Under the pieces are notes generated by a model that saw nothing but the letters and a program-made list of their open reading frames with translations, did not search any database and was not told the origin of the DNA. The translations under genes and the position numbers were made by a program. 63,444 bases of DNA from Octopus bimaculoides (Eukaryota), in contig NC_068987.1 in NCBI RefSeq assembly GCF_001194135.2, positions 91,762,849 through 91,826,292 on the forward strand, read 5' to 3'. Positions 12,791-26,195 of the stretch are shown here, piece by piece. Each line of letters starts with the position of its first letter. Within the stretch, counting starts at the first letter, position 1.

Positions 12791-14621
12791 TTTTGTTTTT
12801 TTCATTATTTTGTTGTTGCCTTAACTATCACTAGATAAAAATGTATAAAATCATTATTTCGCTTATTTTTCCTTATTATTTCAATTCACCAATTAGTGTA
12901 TCGATGTGGATACAGTTTGCAAACAGTTTACTTACAGATTGTCGTATGAATATTTAAGGTTTTATAGAATCGAAACTAAGACAGGACAACAACTGCCGCT
13001 ACCGTGTTTCAGTCACTGACACTATTTTCCATCTGAACAGTATCAATACCGTTTACGTCATGCAATTATTAAACGGATATACCCTTCGCCACCCATACTT
13101 GACACTTTGTGTCTATGCTTGAAGAGGATAATGTTATTTTTTTATTTCAGTTTATTCTTCCGTTGAGTTAACATTTCCCCCAGGGACAAAATTGCATCTT
13201 CCACGATTTTTGGCGGAGTGTGTATCTATCAGTTATATTCTAAATAATGGCGATTCAATTTGTATCGTCGTAGAAAATCAATACTATTTAGAAGGGCATG
13301 AATGTCGCTCAATCTCATTTCCGGTTCCCCCACCCGATTATCCACGTGAGTTCTTGTTTATATATACGAAATGAATACATCAAATTAATGCCACCTTCAT
13401 ATTTATAGATATAGATGACCTCAAAGAATGAATGAACAAATGCAGCGGTCACACAGATATTCATTCACACAACACACACACAAATGAAAGCATATTAATA
13501 GACACACACACACACACAAACTTACACACACACACACACACATATACACCTACACATATATTCCAATCAATGCATCTAGAACACATTGTCAATGCAAGGA
13601 ACGGAAGCAATTTAACGCATCTTCTTACGTACACAGAACATGATTCGATGCAGCTATAAGAGTTATGAGGCGGATATCGGGAATTGAAACCACTGATAAA
13701 CGTTATTCAAGCAGTAAATCAAAATGTTTAGCGGTTCGGCGAATGAGGATTATGAAAATTGTACGTAAAGTAAATACTTTACTATTGGCCCTTATCCTAA
13801 CAATTTACGAGCAGGTTTTAACAGCGTCGGAGACGGAACACACACGTCCATAAACACACACACACACGTATATAGAGTTACACACGAACATACATACAAA
13901 CAAGCAAACTACATTAAGTGACACATAAAAACAAACGCGTACGCACCTCGTACATACACACATTTAATTGATAAAGATACAGATAACCATAAACATTTCT
14001 ACAGCTATTCTTATTCTATTTGAAAGCTTGTTTCTATAAATTGTAAATAATTTATTTTGTAACAGGCAATGCTGAAAGATTTTCATCCGGCAAAACTTTC
14101 GAATGGGAAATAGCTCTTGAAGTCAGCTTCCCATTTCCATTATAATTATCCTCTTAAATGGTCCTAATTGAAAACCAGGCCCTGATATACATTAAGCTTA
14201 CGGCAAATACTCCGAAATTACGATTTATGTTTACATTTTTCGGCCTTTCAAAATAAAGTGAAAATTATGTTCTGTAACTTCCAAAGGTACTTTGCATTAG
14301 CGGATTCAGAGAAAGTGGACAGCTTGATCAAAATATTAACTGCAATTTAAAGCTATTACATATGCATGTATATAAATACGTAAGTATGTATGTATACATA
14401 TTCGTAGGTATATGCATATGTATTCATGAATGTTTATATGCATGTAAATACGTGTATGAATGTATACGTATGGTGTATATTTGTGAGCATATGTATTTGT
14501 ATATATGTACATATATGTACTTGTGTGCGTATGTGTGTTTGTATGCCCATGTATTCATGTATGCATATAATTATATGTTGGTATTTATCTACGTATACGT
14601 ATATGTATATATACTATGGGC

Positions 14622-14658
<37 letters not shown>

Positions 14659-14940
14659 CGTATATCCAGGTACGCATGCATTTGTGTGTATGTTTTTAAT
14701 TTTTTAAATTGTTCTCCAGTTGCGATATAATCTCTAGCCCTAGATCATGACTTTCCTTNNNNNNNNNNNNNNNNNNNNNNNNNNNNNNNNNNNNNNNNNN
14801 NNNNNNNNNNNNNNNNNNNNNNNNNNNNNNNNNNNNNNNNNNNNNNNNNNNNNNNNNNNNNNNNNNNNNNNNNNNNNNNNNNNNNNNNNNNNNNNNNNNN
14901 NNNNNNNNNNNNNNNNNGTATATGTATATATACTATGGGC

Positions 14941-14977
<37 letters not shown>

Positions 14978-16381
14978 CGTATATCCAGGTACGCATGCAT
15001 TTGTGTGTATGTTTTTAATTTTTTAAATTGTTCTCCAGTTGCGATATAATCTCTAGCCCTAGATCATGACTTTCCTTAGCATCACATGGTTAAACAGCAT
15101 CACATGGTTAACCATATATACAGGTATATATACAGGTAAGCATTCAGATAACAGCAAATGTTTTTATCTGTGTGTATATAAGCTGGCATTTGGACATCTT
15201 TTAGCGAATATTAATTGGCTTACATATATATCTTAATGCACACACACACAAACACACACACGCATATATACACACATACACACACACATGTATTTGTATG
15301 TATATGTATATGTATGTATGTATGAATGTATTACATAAATTTTGTATATTTTGTCATGCTACAGGCAATAATTCTACAACCGTTTTCGATATTTTTACAT
15401 TTCTTTAACTCGATTGTAATTGCACTTTCATTTCTAAATTTATACAAGTCTGATCTCTGTTATAGCAACTTCCTATTTTTATTTTTCGAATTTATACCAT
15501 AAACGAAGGTATTTTCTGCAAAGAATCAAAACTCTATCATTAGAAATTAGTTGACAAGAGTCAAGTGTTACATATAGTATTTCAGAAAAATCTTGGATGT
15601 TTTTGCGTGATGTATATCAGTAAGTAAGCATAGGTAAATACATACACCTATATATATATATATATATATATATNNNNNNNNNNNNNNNNNNNNNNNNNNN
15701 NNNNNNNNNNNNNNNNNNNNNNNNNNNNNNNNNNNNNNTATATAAATCAAGAAAAAAGCAACACGGATTTTCCAGGTTATTGCAGTACGCACGTTTCATG
15801 CAACTCAATTTATTTAAGTAATGCGAGCATTACATTAAATGTAAAATGCAGAGCAATCTTCAGCTGCACAGAGATATAGAAATTTACTGAGATTTCATTT
15901 CAGTAGAATGGACATATTACTGTTGTGACAACATTTAAACAATCTAAGTGGGAATGAACAATACAAAAAAACCCATCTTGACATAGCCAAAGCTAGCCTG
16001 CATAATTGTAGTAGAGAGAGATGTAGTAAGGAGTGAGAGAGAAGGAGAGGGTGTGACATGCGGGCAAAAATTTAGTGTATTAAGTGAGCATGAACCCACG
16101 AAAGTATGAACAAGTTACGTTTCAGAGAACATGCGCAAATTCTTTGATTACTCAAAGCAATAATTTGACTACTCAAAGCAATAACTTGGTTCATGCTGCG
16201 TGGTTTCGTATAGTAATCTTTCTTTCATCGAGTATACGTATCTGCGTATGTGAGTGCCTGTGAGTGTGTATGTGTGTGTATATATATATATTTACATATA
16301 CATGTGCAAGACATCAACAAGAAGAATGGAGAATTATACATCTCCAAAATTTGTTTATTGCTGTATTATTCTCATGAATTT

Positions 16382-16516
16382 CACATCAGATTTCAATCCG
16401 ACACGTGTTTATGCTGCATAAGTGTCTGAATGTCCCTCATGTAGCAGTCAAAACACATCAAAGGTCATTAGCACATGAATGCATTGGAAACACGTGTCGG
16501 ATTGGAATCTGATGTG
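16382..16516. repeat. 135-bp inverted-repeat element with 29-bp arms (MITE-like or hairpin)
   Basis: cacatcagatttcaatccgacacgtgttt (16382-16410) versus 16488-16516: one mismatch in 29. Confidence 0.8.
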
Positions 16517-16903
16517 CATTGGATGTGAATGAACTGGAGCAAACAAGCTCTGAGGTTTCTTTATTCTTCTTTATAATGTCTTGATTATATATTTGCATGC
16601 TCAATGAAATCTAGTAAAGTGACTTATAATTGTTTACATTATCTTCCCTGTCATTCAATGTGGTTAGCCAGATCTGGATTATATCAAGGTTAACGTTCCT
16701 GCCCTATTGCTTTACGTTATTTTCTTATTGCCGTTACACACGTAAACACACACACACACACACACACACTACACACACACACACACACACATACACACAC
16801 ATAAAACATTCATGCACATCTATCTTTCTTTTATCTATCTATCTATCTATCTNNNNNNNNNNNNNNNNNNNNNNNNNNNNNNNNNNNNNNNNNNNNNNNN
16901 NNN

Positions 16904-16940
<37 letters not shown>

Positions 16941-16945
<5 letters not shown>

Positions 16946-17720
16946 ACGCCCGCGTCATCCCTTTAAGTAGTTTTGAACTTTATATTTTCTGACGCAACTC
17001 TATCTATCTCTATCTCTATAAATTTTTTCCCCTCTCGTTCTTCCTTCTGTTACTACTATATTTCTCTCTTCCACTCCTTCTCTCGTTGCTCACCTACTTT
17101 CTACTTCCTCCCCTTGTTTCCCCCCCTACTACTGTCTCTTTTCCTTACTCCTCGCTGGTCACATGTGTCTAGTCACTAATTCTTTTCTTCCTTGGCTTTC
17201 ACCGAGCAAACACGAGAACTTACTTCGTCCCGCTTCCAGTTCGTTGTTTCACAGCGTTCATTATACACAATTTTTCACGTCTGGCCGTATAGCCTTTTCT
17301 GTTTGTTTTCCTGTCTTGTTTTCTTTTCCGTTTGTTTTCCTGTCTTGTTTTCTGTCGGCCACTACATTCCTCCATGGTACAAATTTAATTTGTGTATACA
17401 AATTTAATTTGTGGTCCGTGGGAAGAGCCATTTTAACGATGCGTCCTGCCCGGCTCTTCGAAACGCCTGTGTTAGAATGGGGGTAGCTGATGAAGGAAAA
17501 TATTCTCTATGTGGCCTGTGTGTTTTCTGTACTCTGGTTATTATTATTTTTTTTGTCTACGTTTTGTTTGCAATGTCCTGTACCCAGATATGCACTTATA
17601 TATACAGGTAGATGCAGGTATGCACATACTTGTACGTATATATGCATATACTCATTTATTATTTGATTTATATATATATGTATATATATATACATATACA
17701 TGTGTATGTATGTATATGTT
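16941..17720 (+). mobile_element. Unclassified dispersed repeat, family B (possibly Penelope-related), copy 1
   Basis: Shares cttcgaaacg, c.ga.gaagg..atattct.tatg, tgtcctgtaccca.atatgca and atcgaacgcc with 28330-28870. Boundaries are approximate. Confidence 0.55.
17441..17496 (+). ncRNA. Candidate hammerhead ribozyme, non-circularly permuted order
   Basis: GCGUC, CUGCCC/GGGUAG stem I, GAAACGC pairing with GCGU, intact CUGAUGA. Stem II is weak. Confidence 0.5.
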
Positions 17721-17734
17721 TGTGTTGTATCTCT

Positions 17735-17915
17735 GTGTTTGTCCCCCCAACATCAGTTGACAATCGAAGTTGGTGTGTTTACGTCCCTGTTAATTAGCGG
17801 TTCGGCAAGAGAGACTGATAGAATAAGGCTTACAATGAATATGTTCTGGGGTCGATTTGCTCGACTGAAGGCGGTGCTCCAGCATGGCTACAGTCAAATG
17901 ACTGAGACAAATAAA
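17735..17915 (+). mobile_element. SINE family 1 tail
   Basis: ttggtgtgtttacgtccc...ttagcggttcggcaa...gcatggctacagtcaaatgactga. Confidence 0.75.
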
Positions 17916-17964
17916 AGAATGTATATATATATGCAGACGTATATATATAGTTACAGAAAGGGAA

Positions 17965-17995
<31 letters not shown>

Positions 17996-19514
17996 AGAAG
18001 TGGCGAAGGGAAAGATAAATATATAGATAGACATATTTCTTGCTGTGTAGCTCCAGAGATCTGTGTTGTAGCTACATGTGTTCATTGGTTAACAAACACG
18101 TGTTTCTACCAATAACCAATCTCTCTATTTATTTCGTTACTTAGAAAATCGGAACGTGCTAATTTTTTCCAAGGGGCCTAAAGTGAAGTGAAACATATGC
18201 GACCGACGAACCAGATTACTTGGAGCATTTTACAAACTTGCTCAATATGCAAATAACCATGGAAGAGATTTTGCTTTCCTTATTGCACACGTCGTATAAA
18301 AGTGCCACTTTAGATTCCTTAATATTTTGTTTATTCATTTAATGTAGAGCCAACATCACAATTATAATGGCCCCTGTTTCTTACGGCTACGATACACTCA
18401 TAAGTAATATGCAAGCAAAATAAAATTGCTTCATTTTCATATATGTTAATTATACGATGTATCCCCAGCCTATTATTAGGCCGTGTACTGCAATATGTCG
18501 TATGAAGACAGTATAGACAGCCACCAGGAATATGACAGTCATCCTTCACACTATCTTTCTCTCCTCGCCAGCCGACACACATTCTTTCTTTCGCTTTCCT
18601 ATCTGAGTCGTATTTTCCCCCTCTTTCGGGGTAGCAATATGTCACCTTCTTATATATAATACACTACCACAGCCCCCGTAGCAATTTATACTCAATTATC
18701 TCTCTCTATCTCTTTATCTATCTGTCTGTCCCTCTTTCTTTCTCTCTCTCTATGTCTCCCTTTCTTTCTTCAATAGCTTTTCCCACCGCGCCAACGCCAA
18801 CACTCAACCCCATTAACTATTAAATATGATTCCGCCGTCTCACTTTTCGCTGTTCATTTAGATATTTTAACACGAACGCACATCACGTTTGCACATATTT
18901 CCTCCTGTGTTATATATATATATATATATATATATATNNNNNNNNNNNNNNNNNNNNNNNNNNNNNNNNNNNNNNNNNNNNNNNNNNNNNNNNNNNNNNN
19001 NNNNNNNNNNNNNNNNNNNNNNNNNNNNNNNNNNNNNNNNNNNNNNNNNNNNNNNNNNNNNNNNNNNNNNNNNNNNNNNNNNNNNNNNNNNNNNNNNNNN
19101 NNNNNNNNNNNNNNNNNNNNNNNNNNNNNNNNNNNNNNNNNNNNNNNNNNNNNNNNNNNNNNNNNNNNNNNNNNNNNNNNNNNNNNNNNNNNNNNNNNNN
19201 NNNNNNNNNNNNNNNNNNNNNNNNNNNNNNNNNNNNNNNNNNNNNNNNNNNNNNNNNNNNNNNNNNNNNNNNNNNNNNNNNNNNNNNNNNNNNNNNNNNN
19301 NNNNNNNNNNNNNNNNNNNNNNNNNNNNNNNNNNNNNNNNNNNNNNNNNNNNNNNNNNNNNNNNNNNNNNNNNNNNNNNNNNNNNNNNNNNNNNNNNNNN
19401 NNNNNNNNNNNNNNNNNNNNNNNNNNNNNNNNNNNNNNNNNNNNNNNNNNNNNNNNNNNNNNNNNNNNNNNNNNNNNNNNNNNNNNNNNNNNNNNNNNNN
19501 NNNNNNNNNNNNNN

Positions 19515-19553
<39 letters not shown>

Positions 19554-19574
19554 AAATTTGTGTGTTTGTTTGTG

Positions 19575-19690
19575 TGTGTTTCTCCCCAACCCCTACGCAA
19601 CATCGCTCGACAACCGGTGTTTGTGTATCTACGTCCCCGTAAGCTAGCGTTTCCTCAAAAGACAACCGATAGAATAAGTACCAGGTATAC
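19575..19690 (+). mobile_element. SINE family 1 partial tail
   Basis: gacaaccggtgtttgtg...acgtccccgtaagctagcg...accgatagaataagtaccagg. Confidence 0.65.
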
Positions 19691-19860
19691 AATTATAGAG
19701 CACTTGAAAAACTCACCGCTGGAACCGCTGAAGGATCGCTAAATTGTATTTTGTCGGCATTATATATCCATTCCTAAATCACAATTGTATAAAATCTGTC
19801 AGTATTATTTGTACACATATTATGCTAATGAACACTGTTACAAACATACTCACACAGCTT

Positions 19861-20125
19861 CATATCAATGAGTGATATCGGAATTCCGAAGCAAATTCTC
19901 AAGCGATGTAACTTTCCTTTTTATTCCTGGGAAAACAAATTATCGGAACTCAGGACCTGGTACCAGTTCTGCTTCTCCTCAGTTAAACAGATTTGAGCAA
20001 AATCGACTCCAACATCGGAAGCAACTTCGTGCAAGCATGAAAGCATGCTGACAAGATGCTGCTACCTCTAAAAACAAAAATTGCCTGTCATTGCGGCAGA
20101 GCAGGCCTTGCCGTCTCCTGAAGAA
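19861..20125 (+). mobile_element. RTE-clade LINE 3' fragment, internally deleted
   Basis: SMSDIGIPKQIL, FEQNRLQHRKQLRA and CHCGRAGL match the RTE C-terminus. Confidence 0.65.
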
Positions 20126-20429
20126 AACACATAGTGAATGATCAATAATCACTCGTGCAAACTCAGTCCTCGGTTTGTTCCATTTACCAAAAGGTTTACA
20201 AAGCACCTGCAGGCCTCAAGAGACACATTCCTGTCCATAGAACATGAATCACGCTTTATTTTATCGAACACTCAATTGTCATTTACGACAACAGTATCCA
20301 TCATCATCATGATCATCATCATCATCATCATCGTCGTCATCATCATCATCGTCGTCATCGTCGTCAACATCATCATCATATGTATGTATATATATGTACA
20401 TATATAAATATATACGTATATAAATATGC

Positions 20430-20503
<74 letters not shown>

Positions 20504-21676
20504 ATATATATATATATATATATAGGTTTATATATATGTGTGTGTGTATGTGTGTAAATATATATACATACATATGCATACATATATACTCATATATATA
20601 TATATGTATAAGCATTCATGCAGGTGGGTATGCATGCACGCGCGCACGCGCACACACACACACACACACATCTGTGAGTGTGTTTCTATTCCTCTTAACC
20701 ATTATTTATTGTTATTTTTAACTATTTAAGATGTGCCATAAATCATTGCTATGATACATAACTCGTTATTACTTTACAGATAAGCGCAAATGACTTATAG
20801 CGATAGTAAGAGTTAGAAGTACAGAACCGTTCATAAACAAGGGATAAACCAATAAAATCTAGCTTTTATTAGATATTTTATACAATATTTTCTTTCTTAT
20901 TTTGTCATATGCTTTAACTTTTTAGTTATGTTTAATATTTTTAAATGTTTGTCTCTGTGATAAAATATAATTTGGTGCGTAAATTTTAAAGCTACAATTT
21001 AGTTACAACATTCCGACAGAAACGAGAAATGGCAACTATAAAAGCCAACCTGCTACAACATCGTAAATTTCGAAAAAAAAAAAAAATGGAATATATGGTA
21101 AGGGGAGCAAATGGAAGGGGATATGGTAAGAAAGTGCAACATGAGCAGGAAGATAGAATCAAAATGGCCATGTAGATAATATATTGAATTATCAATTTAT
21201 TGGTATTGCGCTTGTTACTGTTGGTGTTTAACCTCTGGTCAGCTCTTATCGAATTACATTGTTCAATGTAATTTGCTATTTTTTCTGTAAGAAAATATGG
21301 TGTCAGAGGAAGGGAAATGGGTGACTATCTCTAGCAAGTGGCACGACACCGTAAACATACCATCCTTGCAGATATTTTGTTTCTCTTCTTTACAAGATAC
21401 AAAATTATAAGTGATTATGTATAAACATTTCAGGCGTGCTTGTATGCAAGTACACATAAACACACACATGCATACATATATACATACGTAAATCCGTACA
21501 TACATTCATACATGCGTAAATCGGTACACACATACACGCGCACACATAAATACATACATACATACATACGTACGTACATACATACATACATACGTACGTA
21601 CATATATATATACATATATACATACATACATGCATACATACATACATACATGCATACATACATACGTACATACGTA

Positions 21677-22593
21677 CTACCTTCCACTTTGGAACAGGAA
21701 ATATCAACCAAGCACCTAATGCACAAAAGGGATAGAGATGCAGGAGAATCGGTAAAATGTAGCAACCGATGCAGACTTTGTGGAGATCACACTGAAGATA
21801 TCACCCACATTTAAGCAGTTGTCAGAAAATGTCATCACGGTATTATCTACCGATGAGACATGATGTTATAGCTAGGACACTATATAATAAAATCCGTCGG
21901 AAGGATAATCTCGAGGACAAAGAAATAAGAACCCACAATATGGTAGAAGCCAAAGTCACTCATAGTAAAAATACTGGCGGAATGTCCCAGTGAAAACCTC
22001 AATAAAATGTAAGCAGAACAGACCTGATATAATGATTTGGGATAGAGAAGAGAAACTGTGCACAGTTGTGGAAAGTAGCTGCCCAGCGGATGTTAACATT
22101 AAGTTGAAGATCAGTGAAAGAGAGAACACCTATGCTGAACTATTGAGAAATCTACAGTTACTCTATCCAGATTACAAGTTCAGGTTTATACCTGTTATTA
22201 TTGGGGCCCTGAGATATGTAACACACCGCCTAAATACCAATCTTGAGAAATTAGGCTTCTCAAAATCAGAAAGAAGAAAGCTAATTCGAAGACTACAAAT
22301 CCAATCCATCACTGGAACTGTAAAAATCTGTAAAACTTTTCAGAAGTTTATCATTTCAATATATATGAGCATGTCTAGATATGCAACTATATACATGAGA
22401 ACACATACATAAAACATACAAATCTGCACATACATGCATACATACATACATACAGACATACATACATACATACATGCATGTATGCATACATACAGACATA
22501 TAAACAAAAATACCCTGTTGTTGATGTTGAAATTCCAATGAAGGATCCTTGGATCCAAGTTAGCAAGAAATCTTGAAATAAACTAAATAATGA
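21677..22593 (+). mobile_element. 5'-truncated R4/Dong-like non-LTR retrotransposon with RLE domain
   Basis: EQEISTKHL, CCHC knuckle CRLCGDHTEDITHI..SSC, RHD, and NRPDIMIWDREEKLCTVVESSCPAD..K..E...Y...PVIIGAL (ORF 21990-22412). 3' UTR ends aataatga. Confidence 0.9.
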
Positions 22594-22788
22594 CATACAT
22601 ACGTACATACATCCGTACATGCGTACATACACGCATGCATGCATATAATGTTTATTATTTTAACTTCATCCTACAGGGGGAGGTGGTCTCCATTTTTCGA
22701 TACATGATCAGCTATACCCGATTTATCAATATCTCCTCGTATCACAGCTTTGCGACGTTCATCTATCCGTATTTTGAGGGGGCGGTAT

Positions 22789-22903
22789 GGAGGGTATATC
22801 AACCGAAACTTGTTAACAACAAACAAGATAAGGGCAACTATCCGTCAAATGTAAATAATGTAAATAATTTACATAATTCCTCATCTCTTAAATATAGAAC
22901 TGT
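22789..22903 (+). mobile_element. Family A (hammerhead SINE) 3' fragment, CUGA half missing
   Basis: ggagggtatatcaaccgaaac..ttaacaacaaacaag...tatccgtcaaatgtaaataatg matches 40870-40954. Confidence 0.75.
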
Positions 22904-23667
22904 CTTTTGTTCTTGTCTGTAAACGAAGTAGTACGTGTATCTTACCTTGAAGATGTTTTCCCTCATTCCAATGTAATTTCCTTTTGTAATTTCATATTGT
23001 CCACATAGTCTATCTTGTTTTCTCTTCCACTCACAATTATACTACATCTTTTACACAAAGTGTTTTGGATTCAACCAGTGTTTCTATATATTTCAACGTT
23101 ACAGTCAATCTGAAATTGCATCTCCCCGGTCAGCGTTGAACGCTTATTCTTGGAACTGGTCCCAATAAACGCTAATACATCCCAAAATTTATGAAATTTC
23201 TTCCATACTTTCTGCTAACCCAAATGTGTGATAAGCGTGAATGCCTTCAGGTTATACATGCATGCATCGCACACTTACACACACACATGCACACATACAT
23301 ACACGCACTCAATCATTGACACACACTCATACACATGCGCATGCGCGCACGCATACACGTACTGACTCATTCACACACACTCACACACACACAGACACAA
23401 ACATGCACATATGCACTCATTCACACACACACAAACACACTCACGCACACACATACTCACAAAAGCACACGCGCACACACAAGCATACGCACACACACAT
23501 ACACAATACATACACACACTCACTCATTGACACGCACTCACACACACGCACATGTACACACACGCACATTTATAATGTTTACGCGCAGGCTTTATCCATC
23601 TAATATTCCCATATTATTTATAGCCTTGTATGAGGTACAAGAACCAATGAAAAATGAAATTCTATAT

Positions 23668-23887
23668 ATGCAGTTAAATATATGTCCGGTCGTAGAGTGA
23701 CCAATAGTTTCGCATCCATTATGCGCTTAGCTGTATAGACGACACGTCAGACTGTAATGACGGAGGGCGTATAACCTCGCTTCAAAGTCCGGATTAGAGT
23801 GTGACCGGTAGTCTATAAAGCTAAGTCGTTTATGGATGTGAAACCACATGTCTGGTCACTCCATGACCGGAATATATTTAACTGCAT
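23668..23887. mobile_element. ~220-bp MITE-like element with ~35-bp imperfect terminal inverted repeats
   Basis: atgcagttaaatatatgtccggtcgtagagtgacca (23668-23703) versus the reverse complement of 23853-23887. Confidence 0.7.
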
Positions 23888-23949
23888 GTACATACATTAC
23901 TACTCTATCCATGAAAGTGATTCTTTTTCGGATATATAACCCACTGAGG

Positions 23950-23999
<50 letters not shown>

Positions 24000-24673
24000 T
24001 TATTTATTTATTTATATATTTATTTATTTATTTATTTTATTTGTACTTATAAATAATTTTAAATATTATAAATAATATTGATTTATTTTACTACCTATTT
24101 TGAACACTTTTATGTAAACTGTTTAAACAAAAAGCCGCTCATAACATTTTCTGATCATTGTCAAAGATTCTATTTCATAACATTTTGTTATCATTGCCAA
24201 AGACTGTATCACTGTATTTTAATACATCTATGATAACCATTTTTAATACAACAAAGGCTACACAATGCCTTACATTTTACTGTTGAAAATCTTTTATTTT
24301 TTTAAGTGAAACCTGTCAAGTCAATAAGCATCTTTAAAAGAGCTCTGCATTTCCAAATCCTCTTTCCTATATGTATATATATATATATATCAATACGGAG
24401 CAAATAATTCACGAGAAAAATAATTCACGAAAAAATAATTATCTAGTGTAAGAATTTAAAAATGATAATATCAATATCACTAATATAGGTGATTGCAGGC
24501 CCCGTAAAAGCATTAAATAGCTGAACTCTTATTTAAATCGCCAAAATACACTGATAATAACTACAGAAATCAACCATCCGAAGGCAAACGGACTAAGACA
24601 ATCTTTCAGCATACATTCAAGTTTTGCCTGTTATTTCCAGCAGGTAGACATACTAAGTATGTCCTTTGATTAA

Positions 24674-24712
<39 letters not shown>

Positions 24713-25138
24713 TATATATTACATGTATATCAGAGGCGACGCCAAGTCATCAGCGTCACTCAGGCTCATCACATATTTTGCAGAAGATACATGCCTGATC
24801 GAAGAATTTCACGCTTATCCGTAATATTTATAGCCCCAAATGGCTACTTTTTTTTTAATATATCTAACAACTCGGGTTGTTACTTCTGAGTCCGAGTTCA
24901 GGCGCATGTGAATGATGTCGCAAGAACATTTGATACGAATGATATTTCTGGATACAGGGCACCTCTAAGACGACCGCCAGAGGCTGAATGAAAATAAATG
25001 AACTGCTACCAAGCTCAAAAGGAGCCAGATTTATTGGCTGCAACTACATACTTGAAGTAAGTGTTGGCAGAAATTAAATCAGCTTGCGAATACACATTCA
25101 CATTACAAGACCGAACATTCCGAGTGATGGAGCCGCCA

Positions 25139-25186
<48 letters not shown>

Positions 25187-25840
25187 TGTGTGTGTGTTGT
25201 TTTCATATTTTAAATTACACACAAAAATTGTATGCATTTACATATCTCAGTGTGTTTGTGTAATGCGTGGGTGTACAAATTCCTGATTTTTAAATACTTT
25301 AAAATTTGCTTCTTTTCGGTTGTAAAATAACAGAAATTATTATATGTAGCAATAACGTCAGGAATTTTATTTCTACGATTAAATAGCAAATAATTATCTC
25401 CTACTTGCAGAAACGCAAATAACTGAATAAATAGCGAACGGGACACATACGTAAATAGGAGGAATAAACCATGAAAGCTATACAAATAGATAAACAACGG
25501 AATATATACAATATATTTATCTTTACCGAAAATTTTTATGTATTTTAAAGAATAATAGGTATGCAAATATTTGGCAGGCAAATATTTAGATATGACAAAT
25601 AATTTTTTGAAAATATGTTTTATGAATATGTGTATGTTATATTAAGAGCGGCAAACTTTCATATTCTGGTTGAGAAATCTCGCGAAAGAATTGTTGATCG
25701 AATACATACATGATGAATTGTTTAATAGAAATGTGAGTCAATATGGCTATTTTAGTTTCAGTATGTTTCACAAAACATCCTAATATTTTATAGAAACATC
25801 ACATTTTTCATCGCTGCCTGATACCAACAGTGTCATTTCT

Positions 25841-26067
25841 AAGACGGCGAGCTGGCAGAAACGTTACCACGCCAGGCGAAATTCTTAGCGGTATTTCGTC
25901 TGTCTTTACGTTCTGAGTTCAAATTCCGCCGAGGTCGACTTTCCCTTCCATCCTTTCGGGGTCGATTAAATAAGTACCAGTTACGCACTGGGCCCGATGT
26001 AATCGACTTAATCCTTTTGTCTGTCCTTGTTTGTCCCCTCTATGTTTAGCCCCTTGTGTACAATAAA
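25841..26067 (+). mobile_element. SINE family 2, near full length
   Basis: Matches 10576-10794. Confidence 0.85.
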
Positions 26068-26094
26068 GAAATAAATATTGGTTGCTCAATCTAA

Positions 26095-26195
26095 CGCGGT
26101 GAGCTGGCAGAAACATTAGCACGCCGGGCGAAATGCTTAGTGGTATTTCGTCTGTCTTTATGTTCTGAGTTCAAATTCCGCCGAGGTCGACTTTC
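26095..26195 (+). mobile_element. SINE family 2 head, truncated by an assembly gap
   Basis: gagctggcagaaacattagcacgccgggcg...gaggtcgactttc, then Ns. Confidence 0.8.

Noticed and set aside
14599-15077. Identical 160-bp direct repeat either side of an N gap
   Set aside because: Exact duplication flanking a gap of similar size is typical of unmerged contig overlap.
15077-24440. Scattered 17-29-bp two-copy tandem duplications (15077, 16147, 17300, 17378, 24405)
   Set aside because: Ordinary slippage or repair duplications; no spacers or array structure, so not CRISPR-like.
24987-25061. Short ATG-started frame MKINELLPSSKGARFIGCNYILE ending at gtaagt
   Set aside because: A good donor site alone is expected by chance; no homology and no partner exon.
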